Positions 41,305 to 49,564 of a stretch of DNA of 64,000 bases are shown here, in pieces. The position numbers and the translations under genes were made by a program. The DNA is from an uncultured Clostridiaceae bacterium (GTDB taxonomy: Bacteria > Bacillota_I > Bacilli_A > RFN20 > CAG-288). Under the pieces are notes generated by a model. It did no database searches and was not told where the DNA came from. It was given only the letters and a program-made list of their open reading frames with translations. Every line of letters starts with the position of its first letter. The first letter of the stretch is position 1. Location: contig CAYRUQ010000003.1 in NCBI GenBank assembly GCA_964427595.1, positions 1,852 to 65,851 on the forward strand. Direction: 5' to 3'.

Positions 41305-41331
41305 TTAATACTTAATAAGTAGAGTTAGAGA

Positions 41332-42240
41332 TTAAACGAGAGAAGCGGCAATCTCACCAGCTAAGTGAGCGTTGTTACGGATGAGAGCCATGTTAGAGAA
41401 GAGAGATTTGCCGTCAGTCATATCAACCAAACGATCTAAGAGGAACGGGGTGACATCCTTACCTTGGATATTGCGAGCCTTCATCTCAGCAATGGCACCT
41501 TGAATCTTTCTTTCAACGTATTCAGGGTCAAGTGAATAACCCTCAGGGATAGGATTGACGATCAAAGTACCTTGTTTGAGACCTAAGGCGTCGTTGACAT
41601 TGATCATTCTAGCGATCTCTTCAGGGGTATCAGCATAAGCTTCTAACTTATAAGGAGAAGTGCTGGTATAGAAGAGAGGAAGAGTTCTCGTTTTATAACC
41701 GACGATAGCGATACCTTTAGTCTCTAAGTATTCGATAGTCTTAGGGATATCAAGGATGGCTTTAGGGCCGGAACAGACGACATTGATAGGAGTCTTGGAG
41801 AATTCATCAAGATCAGCGGAGAGATCAAGAGTTTCTGCATATCCACGATGGACACCGCCGATACCACCAGTAGCAAAGATTTTGATATTAGCGAGGTGAG
41901 CTAAGATCATCGTAGCACTGACAGTGGTAGAACCAGTGAGTCCTCTTTCGATGCAAAAAGCGAGGTCACGACGAGAACATTTCACAGCATCGTGATAGCT
42001 CGTTTTTCCAAGATCGATGATCTCATCCTTGGTCAATCCGATTTTGATTTGGCCTTTGATGATACCGATGGTGTAGGGTTCAGCTCCTGCTTTTCTAACT
42101 TCTTCTTCGCATTCGAGAGCACACTGCACATTCTGCGGATAAGGCATGCCGTGAGTGAGAACAGTGGTCTCTAAAGCGACCGCTTTTCTCCCCGAAAGAT
42201 CAGGGACATTTTTTAGGATTTCACTACTCAGCTTAGACAT
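41332..42240 (-). CDS. psuG: Pseudouridine-5'-phosphate glycosidase
   Basis: ALETTVLTHGMPYPQN, FATGGIGGVHRG, SADL..L; collinear with E. coli YeiN as I recall it. Confidence 0.9.
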   Translation of the reverse strand: MSKLSSEILKNVPDLSGRKAVALETTVLTHGMPYPQNVQCALECEEEVRKAGAEPYTIGIIKGQIKIGLTKDEIIDLGKTSYHDAVKCSRRDLAFCIERGLTGSTTVSATMILAHLANIKIFATGGIGGVHRGYAETLDLSADLDEFSKTPINVVCSGPKAILDIPKTIEYLETKGIAIVGYKTRTLPLFYTSTSPYKLEAYADTPEEIARMINVNDALGLKQGTLIVNPIPEGYSLDPEYVERKIQGAIAEMKARNIQGKDVTPFLLDRLVDMTDGKSLFSNMALIRNNAHLAGEIAASLV

Positions 42241-42264
42241 TTTTGTATTACCCCCCTATTTGGT

Positions 42265-43215
42265 TTATTTCTTATTAAATTTGAAAGAGACGGTCTGTCG
42301 ATATTCGACGCCTGGTCTTAAAAGGAAAGGAGTGATGGGGGACATCTGTGGTTCGATGGCGATAGCTCTTCTTTTTATTCCGACACGATTGGTGAATTTG
42401 ACATCACTCATCGAGTCATCGATATAGATATTGACAGCTTCATAAGTGGTAAAGCATTCAAGTTTGATCTTATCACTTTCTAAAACAACCTGTGGGATAG
42501 AAGAGTCGATATTGTCAAATAGATAAGTATCATCAATCGATTTAGATTTAGGCAATTTTTCTTTGATAACAGAAGCGTCTCTGAAATCTAAATATTCAGG
42601 AACAGCTTTAAATCTCTCAATCAGTTTGCTGTTTTTCTCCATGACTCCACATTTAGAAGCGTTGACTTGAAGCTTGTAATTCTCTACGCTCTCATCTCCA
42701 AAATTGAAATACATATGATTGGATAAAGAGAGGATAGTAGCAGAATCAGAGCTAGCTTGATACTTGATTCTCAAAGTGTTTTCATCATGTGGAAAAGAAT
42801 AGGTGATAGTGAGTTTTACATTACCAGGAAAACCAGCTTCTTTATCAGGTGAGACATAATCGAAGATGATATAAGTAGCATCAGGTCTCGTGACGATGAT
42901 GCTATCGAAATCCTTGAAAGAAAGCGAATCTAAAACACCACCATGAAGGCAGACTCCGGGTTCATTTTCATTCAATTTATAAGAGAAATAATCAAGGTTG
43001 AGAGTGCAGGGTATTCTTCCAGCTACTCTACCTAAGGTCTTGCCAAAAAACTGTTCAGAGTTGAGATAAGTCTTGTGGCTTCTAGGTGTCAGTATCAAAG
43101 GCACACCATCAAGACTTAATGAATAGACACCCGCACCAACAGAGGTGAAGGTTCCCTTCAATCCGAGACCATTGTTGAGAGTGACGAAACGTGAATCAGT
43201 TATTCTTTTGGCCAT
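42265..43215 (-). CDS. Aldose 1-epimerase family protein
   Basis: GRVAGRI, VCLHGG, HMYFN blocks typical of mutarotases. Confidence 0.8.
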   Translation of the reverse strand: MAKRITDSRFVTLNNGLGLKGTFTSVGAGVYSLSLDGVPLILTPRSHKTYLNSEQFFGKTLGRVAGRIPCTLNLDYFSYKLNENEPGVCLHGGVLDSLSFKDFDSIIVTRPDATYIIFDYVSPDKEAGFPGNVKLTITYSFPHDENTLRIKYQASSDSATILSLSNHMYFNFGDESVENYKLQVNASKCGVMEKNSKLIERFKAVPEYLDFRDASVIKEKLPKSKSIDDTYLFDNIDSSIPQVVLESDKIKLECFTTYEAVNIYIDDSMSDVKFTNRVGIKRRAIAIEPQMSPITPFLLRPGVEYRQTVSFKFNKK

Positions 43216-44274
43216 TTACTCGCTTTTCTCTTCAGTGGTAGATTCACTAGTTTGAGCAGGTTCGCTAGGGGCGACAGTTTCAGCAACTGTAGCCTCAGCA
43301 GGTTGAGTTCCAGTTAAGACACCAGCTTTGAAATCAGCATATCTGAAGTCGAGGTTATCAGTGTTGTAAGGGACGACATTCTTATTGAATTCCGCTTGGT
43401 TTTCGCTTCTGAGTCTTCTGACTCTATCGAAGATGGCTCTTTGTTCATCAGTCCAGTGTTGAGGAGTGATTGTTCTGACTTGAGGTCCGTAGTTATCAAC
43501 GATGACAACGAGCTCTCTCTGAGAGCTAGCAGCTTCTCTGAAGAAACCGAATTTGAGTCTGCTGACAGGATCATCATAACGGTATTGAGAGATGTAGGTT
43601 CTCGCATTACCATTGGCATCATTACCTCTGAGAGTAGCAGGGGTATGAAGAGCACGAGTAGTAGCTTCAATAGTGTTATATCTAGGAAGAGGAACTCTGT
43701 TAGTCCAAAGTTCTTTGATCATGTCAGAGATCTCTCTGATAGCATCGGTGACTCTCAAAACGAGTCTTAAGTGCTTGGAATCAGGAGTGACAGTGAAGAG
43801 GAAGTTGATTCCGTTTGAGAGAGTGATAGCAGAGACTAAGAAGATCTTTCTGTTGACATCATAGTAGTTGTAGATCTCTCTCATCGTGATATCTCTTCCG
43901 TTAGAAGATCTAAGTTTGAGCTCAGTGGGAGCATTTTCGATACGATTTTCTAAAACGATCTCATACTCAGTAGATTCATAAGTGTGAGGAGAAACTTCTT
44001 TGAAGAGCTGATTAGGTCTGATATCAAGAGCATAATGATCGATGTAAGTGGAAGCATCTTTAGCATTGTTCACTTCAGTGACAACGCCATCTTTATCAGC
44101 TAAGAAAATACGATAGAAAGGATTGGGGGTATCAGCTGCTAAGCAATATAAGACGGAAGTGCCGTCTTCCTTGTTTTCTTGATAAATGGGAGTTAAGACA
44201 GTAGTGGAAAAATGAGCTTTGCTCGTTTCATCAACGATAGCTTGTGCTTTTGTCAGAAATTCAGTGTTATCCAT
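43216..44274 (-). CDS. Hypothetical cytosolic protein with an acidic Thr/Glu/Ser-rich C-terminal tail
   Basis: ORF 43216..44295. Start moved to MDNTEF (AAGGAG SD). I recognise no motif. Confidence 0.6.
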   Translation of the reverse strand: MDNTEFLTKAQAIVDETSKAHFSTTVLTPIYQENKEDGTSVLYCLAADTPNPFYRIFLADKDGVVTEVNNAKDASTYIDHYALDIRPNQLFKEVSPHTYESTEYEIVLENRIENAPTELKLRSSNGRDITMREIYNYYDVNRKIFLVSAITLSNGINFLFTVTPDSKHLRLVLRVTDAIREISDMIKELWTNRVPLPRYNTIEATTRALHTPATLRGNDANGNARTYISQYRYDDPVSRLKFGFFREAASSQRELVVIVDNYGPQVRTITPQHWTDEQRAIFDRVRRLRSENQAEFNKNVVPYNTDNLDFRYADFKAGVLTGTQPAEATVAETVAPSEPAQTSESTTEEKSE

Positions 44275-44351
44275 TGTTGGCTCCTTAAATAACAATACGT
44301 AAAGAAATTATACTCTTTTTAAGCGCTTTTATTAATAGATACGAAGAATGT

Positions 44352-45050
44352 TTAATCCTTGATTTGAAAATCTATCTCTTCTAAATTGTGTTCTTTAAGA
44401 TAGCGATTACATCTTATGAAGCAATCGGAACAGAAAAATCCATGGTTTGCTGATAACGGAGAAGGGTGTGCCGTCTTGATGATATAGGAAAGTGGACTAT
44501 GAATAAGAGTTTCTTTAGCTTGAGCATATCTTCCCCAGAGAAGATAGACGACCGGTTGATTTAATGAATCGATAGCTTTGATGATTTCGTCAGTAAACAT
44601 ACTCCAGCCTAAAGACGAGTGACTATTCGCCTCGCCAGCTTTGACTGTCAAAGTAGCATTTAAAAGAAGAACACCTTGTTTAGCCCAAGAAGATAAATCT
44701 CCATTATTCTTTGGAACAGGATATCCGTACTCGTAGTAAAGTTCTTTATAAATGTTGAGAAGAGATGGTGGGAATTTAGTTCCTTTACTGACAGAGAAAG
44801 CCAGTCCGTTTGCTTGATCTGGATTAAAGTAAGGATCTTGTCCGATGATGACACATTTGACATCTCTCGGTGCTGTTTTTTCTAATGCGTCATAAACTTT
44901 CGCAACAGGTGGGTAAACAGTCTCTTTCTCATACTCAAGAGATACTTTATCAAGAAGTTCTTCCCAAGAAGGCGAAGATAAGAAGTTTGATAAAAGAGTC
45001 TTCCACTCGTCTGGTATTTTTGAAAGTTTCAATTTAACCTCTTCACTCAT
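44352..45050 (-). CDS. ung: Uracil-DNA glycosylase
   Basis: VIIGQDPY, GVLLLN, HPSPLS. Confidence 0.93.
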   Translation of the reverse strand: MSEEVKLKLSKIPDEWKTLLSNFLSSPSWEELLDKVSLEYEKETVYPPVAKVYDALEKTAPRDVKCVIIGQDPYFNPDQANGLAFSVSKGTKFPPSLLNIYKELYYEYGYPVPKNNGDLSSWAKQGVLLLNATLTVKAGEANSHSSLGWSMFTDEIIKAIDSLNQPVVYLLWGRYAQAKETLIHSPLSYIIKTAHPSPLSANHGFFCSDCFIRCNRYLKEHNLEEIDFQIKD

Positions 45051-45106
45051 TTGTCTCTCCTTTTAAACATCCAAGTTTGTCTTGAAATTAGAAGTTTCTT
45101 TTTTTC

Positions 45107-45772
45107 TTAGTACTCAATGTCCATATATGATTTGATATAAAAGTCAGATATTTGTCTTTTTTCATCATCTACTTTTTCAGACGATTTATCATAAACAGCA
45201 ACTGTTTTAAACCCGGCGTTTTTAGCTGTTGTCAAAGGAATCAACACATCTTCAAAAACAAGAGTCTCAGATGGCTTCGTTTTCAAAGCATCGCTGGCTA
45301 TCAAATAAATCGTCGGTTCAGATTTTGAAGTTCCTAGTTCACTACCACTGAATAAAAAATCAAACAGATCATAGATGGCATTATGTTTTAAACAAGGTGT
45401 GAATAACTTCCGTGTATTAGAAGTGGCGAGAGCGATTTTTATATCATGTTGTTTTAGATAAACAAGCAGTTTTCTAATACCTGGCTTTGCCATGACGGTG
45501 TGAGTATAAGCATGTCTAGCTAGGATATCCCAAATCTCAATTATCTGATCAATAGTCTCTTCAAAATGATAAGTTTCTTTGGTGTATTTAGCTATCTCAT
45601 AAAAACTCATATGAGAAATCTTATTAGCATAACCTTCAGGAACTGTTTCATATCCTTTCATCAGGAAATATTGTTTGTCGATTTCTTGCCACACACCCAT
45701 TGAATCGACAATAGTTCCATCTAAGTCAAAAATAACTCCCTTAATGTCTTTAAGTAATTCACCTATGTTCAT
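45107..45772 (-). CDS. HAD-superfamily hydrolase (beta-phosphoglucomutase-like subfamily)
   Basis: VIFDLDGTIVDS, ATSN, FEDV. Start moved to MNIGELL. Confidence 0.8.
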   Translation of the reverse strand: MNIGELLKDIKGVIFDLDGTIVDSMGVWQEIDKQYFLMKGYETVPEGYANKISHMSFYEIAKYTKETYHFEETIDQIIEIWDILARHAYTHTVMAKPGIRKLLVYLKQHDIKIALATSNTRKLFTPCLKHNAIYDLFDFLFSGSELGTSKSEPTIYLIASDALKTKPSETLVFEDVLIPLTTAKNAGFKTVAVYDKSSEKVDDEKRQISDFYIKSYMDIEY

Positions 45773-45832
45773 CGTGTCTATTATAATATTTCCATGACGC
45801 CTGAAATACATCAGGTTAATTATGGAGGACAA

Positions 45833-47698
45833 ATGGAACATCGAGATTTAGAATTCGATCCGATGGATTACTATGATCAGGAACTGGCAAAACAAATTCC
45901 TGAAAATGCCAAAGCATATTTTGATGATCTCTTAGAAAAATCAAAAGTTGATGAGGAAGAAAATAAACATTTTATCACTGAAATAACAAAATGGGAGACT
46001 AAACATAGCCACGAGAAATCTCGTCTCAATATGTTTAATGGCATCAGAACTTTTTTGACTATTTTAATTGTCGTTGCTTTGATATTAATCGCACTATCCG
46101 CCTTCAATTTATATAACGGAGGAGTTGATGATAATACGGCCTTCTTAGTTCTCGTTATCATCATGCCGATAGTCTTGATAGCCTCGATATTAGTGATTTT
46201 CTTATACCTAAATAAGAAGATTAACCATTATGAAGAAGTATCAAACAAAAGCAAAGAGAAAATAAACAAACTGAAACAAAAAGCTTTAAATCAAGTGGCT
46301 CCGCTTGTCTCTCTCTTTGATTCTTCAGACTTTATCAATATCACTAAAAAAACAACCAAGATTTTCTCGATAGATCCATATGTTGACCATGAGAAACTCT
46401 TGATGTTAAGAGAACTTTATGGCTTTAAAGATGAACCAGAAGTCAATGAATCCATCGTCGAAGTCATGTCTGGTGAGATAGAAACAAATCCTTATATCCA
46501 TGTGCGTCTCTTCATTCAAAGAATGAGAAATACCACCTACACCGGTTCTCTTCCTATCAGTTGGACAGAGCGGGTCAGTGATGGACAAGGTGGCTTCCGT
46601 ACAGTCGTCAGGACTGAAACTCTTGTAGCCAGTATCTCAAGACCGGCTGCTTATTATTCGGATGGTTCTTATGTCATATATGGAAACGAGGCTGCTCCTG
46701 ATCTCACCTTCTCTAGAGGCCCTTCTGGTGTCAATCCGGATATGACTGAGAAAGAGATGCGTAAATTCGAGAGTAACCAAGAAAAACATCTTGCTTCTTT
46801 AGCTCAAAAGTCAATTTCAAAAGGCGGAAATTTCACCCCTCTTGCTAATGCCAAATTTGAAGGTCTTTTCGGTGCTTATGATCGTAACCACGAAATACAA
46901 TATCGTCTTCTCTTCACTCCTCTTGCTCAAGAGAATATGTGTGAACTTATCTTGAGAAAAAAGCCTTATAAAGATGACTTCACTTTCTATAAGAAGAAGA
47001 AGGTAAATATCATCTCTTCTGAACACGGAAAATATACGGAGCCTTATGACCCCAACATGTTATTCGGTATGATTGATATCTCGAAAATGAGAAGAAGTTT
47101 CGTCAATGAAATCACTGAGTGTTTCAACTCTCTTTATTTCGAGATGGCTCCTCTTCTTTGTATCCCTCTTTATCAAACGACGGAAGCTGGCGATTTCAAT
47201 GTCACTGAACACTACCGAAATGTCTCTGATTATGATGCTGAGGCGATGGCTAACAGCATGAATTCTAAATTGTTCATGCCGGAAGGCTCTGATACTCCTC
47301 AGATTCTTAAAGTCACTTATCAAAGAACTGTCGGTAAAACGGACTTCTTCAAGGTTGATTCTTTTGCTTTTAAGAAAGTTCCCCAAGTCGAATTTGTCAC
47401 TGTGATGGGAGGTGATGGTCTTCCTCATGAAGTTCCTGTCCCTTGGTTTAGATATGATCCTCTCCATAAAGAATCCGCTATCGGTGCCAGAAAATTTACA
47501 GGAAACAAATTCCAATATCAGAACCTTGTCAGGGATGAAGAATTCAAAAAAGATAAAGTTATGTCCAGAACAAATACCAGAAATCATAATTTTTTAGGTT
47601 TTTATGCTCCTAGCGATTACAATTATGTTAAGGCTCAAGATGAAAGAGTTTCCTCTCTCATCAACAAGTATTTAGATATAAATAGAAAGGTGGACTAA
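45833..47698 (+). CDS. Large membrane protein, function unknown (N-terminal cytosolic helix, 2 TM, ~480 aa C-terminal domain)
   Basis: ORF 45794..47698. Start moved to MEHRDL (GGAGGA SD). Stop lies 2 nt before the lemA ATG. Confidence 0.6.
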   Translation: MEHRDLEFDPMDYYDQELAKQIPENAKAYFDDLLEKSKVDEEENKHFITEITKWETKHSHEKSRLNMFNGIRTFLTILIVVALILIALSAFNLYNGGVDDNTAFLVLVIIMPIVLIASILVIFLYLNKKINHYEEVSNKSKEKINKLKQKALNQVAPLVSLFDSSDFINITKKTTKIFSIDPYVDHEKLLMLRELYGFKDEPEVNESIVEVMSGEIETNPYIHVRLFIQRMRNTTYTGSLPISWTERVSDGQGGFRTVVRTETLVASISRPAAYYSDGSYVIYGNEAAPDLTFSRGPSGVNPDMTEKEMRKFESNQEKHLASLAQKSISKGGNFTPLANAKFEGLFGAYDRNHEIQYRLLFTPLAQENMCELILRKKPYKDDFTFYKKKKVNIISSEHGKYTEPYDPNMLFGMIDISKMRRSFVNEITECFNSLYFEMAPLLCIPLYQTTEAGDFNVTEHYRNVSDYDAEAMANSMNSKLFMPEGSDTPQILKVTYQRTVGKTDFFKVDSFAFKKVPQVEFVTVMGGDGLPHEVPVPWFRYDPLHKESAIGARKFTGNKFQYQNLVRDEEFKKDKVMSRTNTRNHNFLGFYAPSDYNYVKAQDERVSSLINKYLDINRKVD

Positions 47699-47700
47699 AA

Positions 47701-48378
47701 ATGGCAAATGAATTAGATGAACTTACTGGCCCCGTAAATCCTGAAGGTAGAGATATCAATGTCATCGAAAAACAGATTCCTGTTCAAGTTGGCATCGGTT
47801 CAAAAATCTTTGAAGTCATTCTCTGGGTCTTAGGTATCATTCCTGGATTGATTTTCTTAATCATGAAGGTCAATGCTAGAACTTATCTCAGACAATTACA
47901 GCAGAAGATCCAACACACTGCTTCTCAGGTTGATAACTATCTCGAGCAAAGAGTTATCATCCTTCAAAACGCCGCTAAACTTCTTGATAAAGCTATCGAA
48001 TTAGATAAAGATACCTTCACTAAAATCGCTGCTTACAGAAGCAGAAGTGGTTCTCCTAACACTAACACCGATGTCTTAAGAAATGAGACTGCTAGCAACA
48101 TCGATAAGCTCTTCGCTCAGGTCAACTTAGCTTATGAGAACTATCCCGAACTCAAAGCTCATGATGAAATCAAACAATGCTTACAACAAAACAGCTTATT
48201 GCAGAGAGAAATCACCGCTGCTAGAGAACAATACAACGATACCGTTTATCGTTGGAACGCTGACATCCAAGCTTGGCCTACCAAGATGATCGTCGCTGCT
48301 AAGTTAGGCTATACCACTAGAATTCCTTTCTCTACCTCAGCTGAAATGAAAGAAAAAGCTAGAGGCGTTTTCTTCTAA
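47701..48378 (+). CDS. lemA: LemA family protein
   Basis: Single N-terminal TM. Blocks YPELKAH...LQ..L...E..I..AR..YN..V..WN..IQ.WP match LemA. Confidence 0.8.
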   Translation: MANELDELTGPVNPEGRDINVIEKQIPVQVGIGSKIFEVILWVLGIIPGLIFLIMKVNARTYLRQLQQKIQHTASQVDNYLEQRVIILQNAAKLLDKAIELDKDTFTKIAAYRSRSGSPNTNTDVLRNETASNIDKLFAQVNLAYENYPELKAHDEIKQCLQQNSLLQREITAAREQYNDTVYRWNADIQAWPTKMIVAAKLGYTTRIPFSTSAEMKEKARGVFF

Positions 48379-48387
48379 AAAGCATTT

Positions 48388-48415
48388 AAGTCTCTCTGCA
48401 AAGAGAGACTTTTTC
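48388..48415 (+). terminator. Rho-independent terminator after lemA
   Basis: AAGTCTCTCT-GCAA-AGAGAGACTT is a perfect 10-bp stem, followed by TTTT. Confidence 0.75.
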
Positions 48416-48422
48416 ACTTCAT

Positions 48423-49391
48423 ATGAAATATCTGTTTTTCGATATAGAATGCGCCAATTGTCTCAATGGTGAGGGCAAAATCTGTTCATTCGGTTATGTC
48501 CTCACCGATGAGAATTTTAATGTGCTCAAAAAGAGAGATATCATCATCAATCCGAAAGCCCCTTTCCTTTTAGGAAACGGTAAAAACGGAAACGGAATCA
48601 AACTCGCTTATCCGCTTTTCAGATTCGATTGGGCTCATACCTTCCCTTACTACTATCAAGAGATAAGAAGACTTCTTCTTTCAAAAGATCACTTTCCAAT
48701 CGGATTTGCTGATGATCAAGATATCAATTTCCTTCTCTACACTTGTAAGAGATATAACTTACCTACTCTCTATTTTGATTATCTTGATGTTCAAAGCCTT
48801 GATATGGTTCTCTCTTCTTCTACACAACCGAGAGGGCTGAGCTTTCTTATCGAATCGTTTGGATTAGAAAAAGGCGTCTGTCATAAAAGTGATGAAGATG
48901 CTTTGATGACTATGGAGATCCTTTCTCGATTAGTCTCTGATTCTAAAATGAATCTCTCTAAGTTAATCAAACAACATCCTCAGGTGGTTAAAAGCGTAGA
49001 TCAGTTCATCAAAAACAAGAAACTGCAAGTAGAGAAGAAAAAGAAGCTTCAACATGTTAAAGACATGTTAAACGACCTTTATCAATCAGATCCTAATAAG
49101 ATCAACCTAGAGAAGATTGATCAACATTTTTTCAAGAAAACGATCTTCATCAAGCCTTCTGTTTTTTATTCAAAACCGATTCTTTTAGAAGAATATGCCA
49201 AATATCTAAAAGAGAAAGGATTCATCTTTCTGAAGACTTTAAATAAAGCACCTGATTATTACATCTGCGGAGAGAAAGATGATACTCACACTATCAAAGT
49301 CAACTTCCATCATTCTCGTGTTTATACATTCAATTCATTCATCGCTTACTTAAAGAAAAGCGATATCAAAGAAAAAACCGCCACCCTCTGA
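48423..49391 (+). CDS. DEDDh 3'-5' exonuclease with a C-terminal BRCT-like module
   Basis: FFDIECAN (ExoI) and HKSDEDALMTMEI (ExoIII, H-x4-D). The C-terminal KKTIFIKPS...GFIFLKTLNKAPDYYICGE looks BRCT-like. Confidence 0.7.
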   Translation: MKYLFFDIECANCLNGEGKICSFGYVLTDENFNVLKKRDIIINPKAPFLLGNGKNGNGIKLAYPLFRFDWAHTFPYYYQEIRRLLLSKDHFPIGFADDQDINFLLYTCKRYNLPTLYFDYLDVQSLDMVLSSSTQPRGLSFLIESFGLEKGVCHKSDEDALMTMEILSRLVSDSKMNLSKLIKQHPQVVKSVDQFIKNKKLQVEKKKKLQHVKDMLNDLYQSDPNKINLEKIDQHFFKKTIFIKPSVFYSKPILLEEYAKYLKEKGFIFLKTLNKAPDYYICGEKDDTHTIKVNFHHSRVYTFNSFIAYLKKSDIKEKTATL

Positions 49392-49418
49392 GAATGACGG
49401 TCGTTTTTTCTTTCAATG

Positions 49419-49491
49419 TGGATCATTAGGGACTCGAACCCTAGGCCCACTGATTAAGAGTCAGTTGCTCTACCAACTGAGCTAATGATCC
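49419..49491 (-). tRNA. tRNA-Lys (anticodon CUU)
   Basis: Cloverleaf read by hand: acceptor GGATCAT/ATGATCC, D-arm GCTC..GAGC, anticodon stem ACTGA/TCAGT with loop CTCTTAA, T-arm TAGGG-TTCGAGT-CCCTA. No encoded CCA. Confidence 0.93.
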
Positions 49492-49564
49492 ATCGCTGCA
49501 AGCTTATGAATTGTAATTCTTTTTTGGTGTGAATGCAACAGAAAGTTGACGAGTGTAATTAAAA

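Noticed and set aside
47060-47587. 175-aa minus-strand ORF; other ORFs of 60-130 aa lie antisense to or out of frame within fusA, groEL, the ATPases, nrdD and the SBP genes
   Set aside because: All are nested inside much longer ORFs with recognisable products or strong SDs. Their low-complexity, skewed composition is typical of shadow ORFs.
49392-49564. tRNA-Lys as the attachment site of an integrated element covering the 45.8-49.4 kb genes
   Set aside because: The window holds no integrase, recombinase or excisionase gene. I found no direct repeat of the tRNA 3' end by eye.
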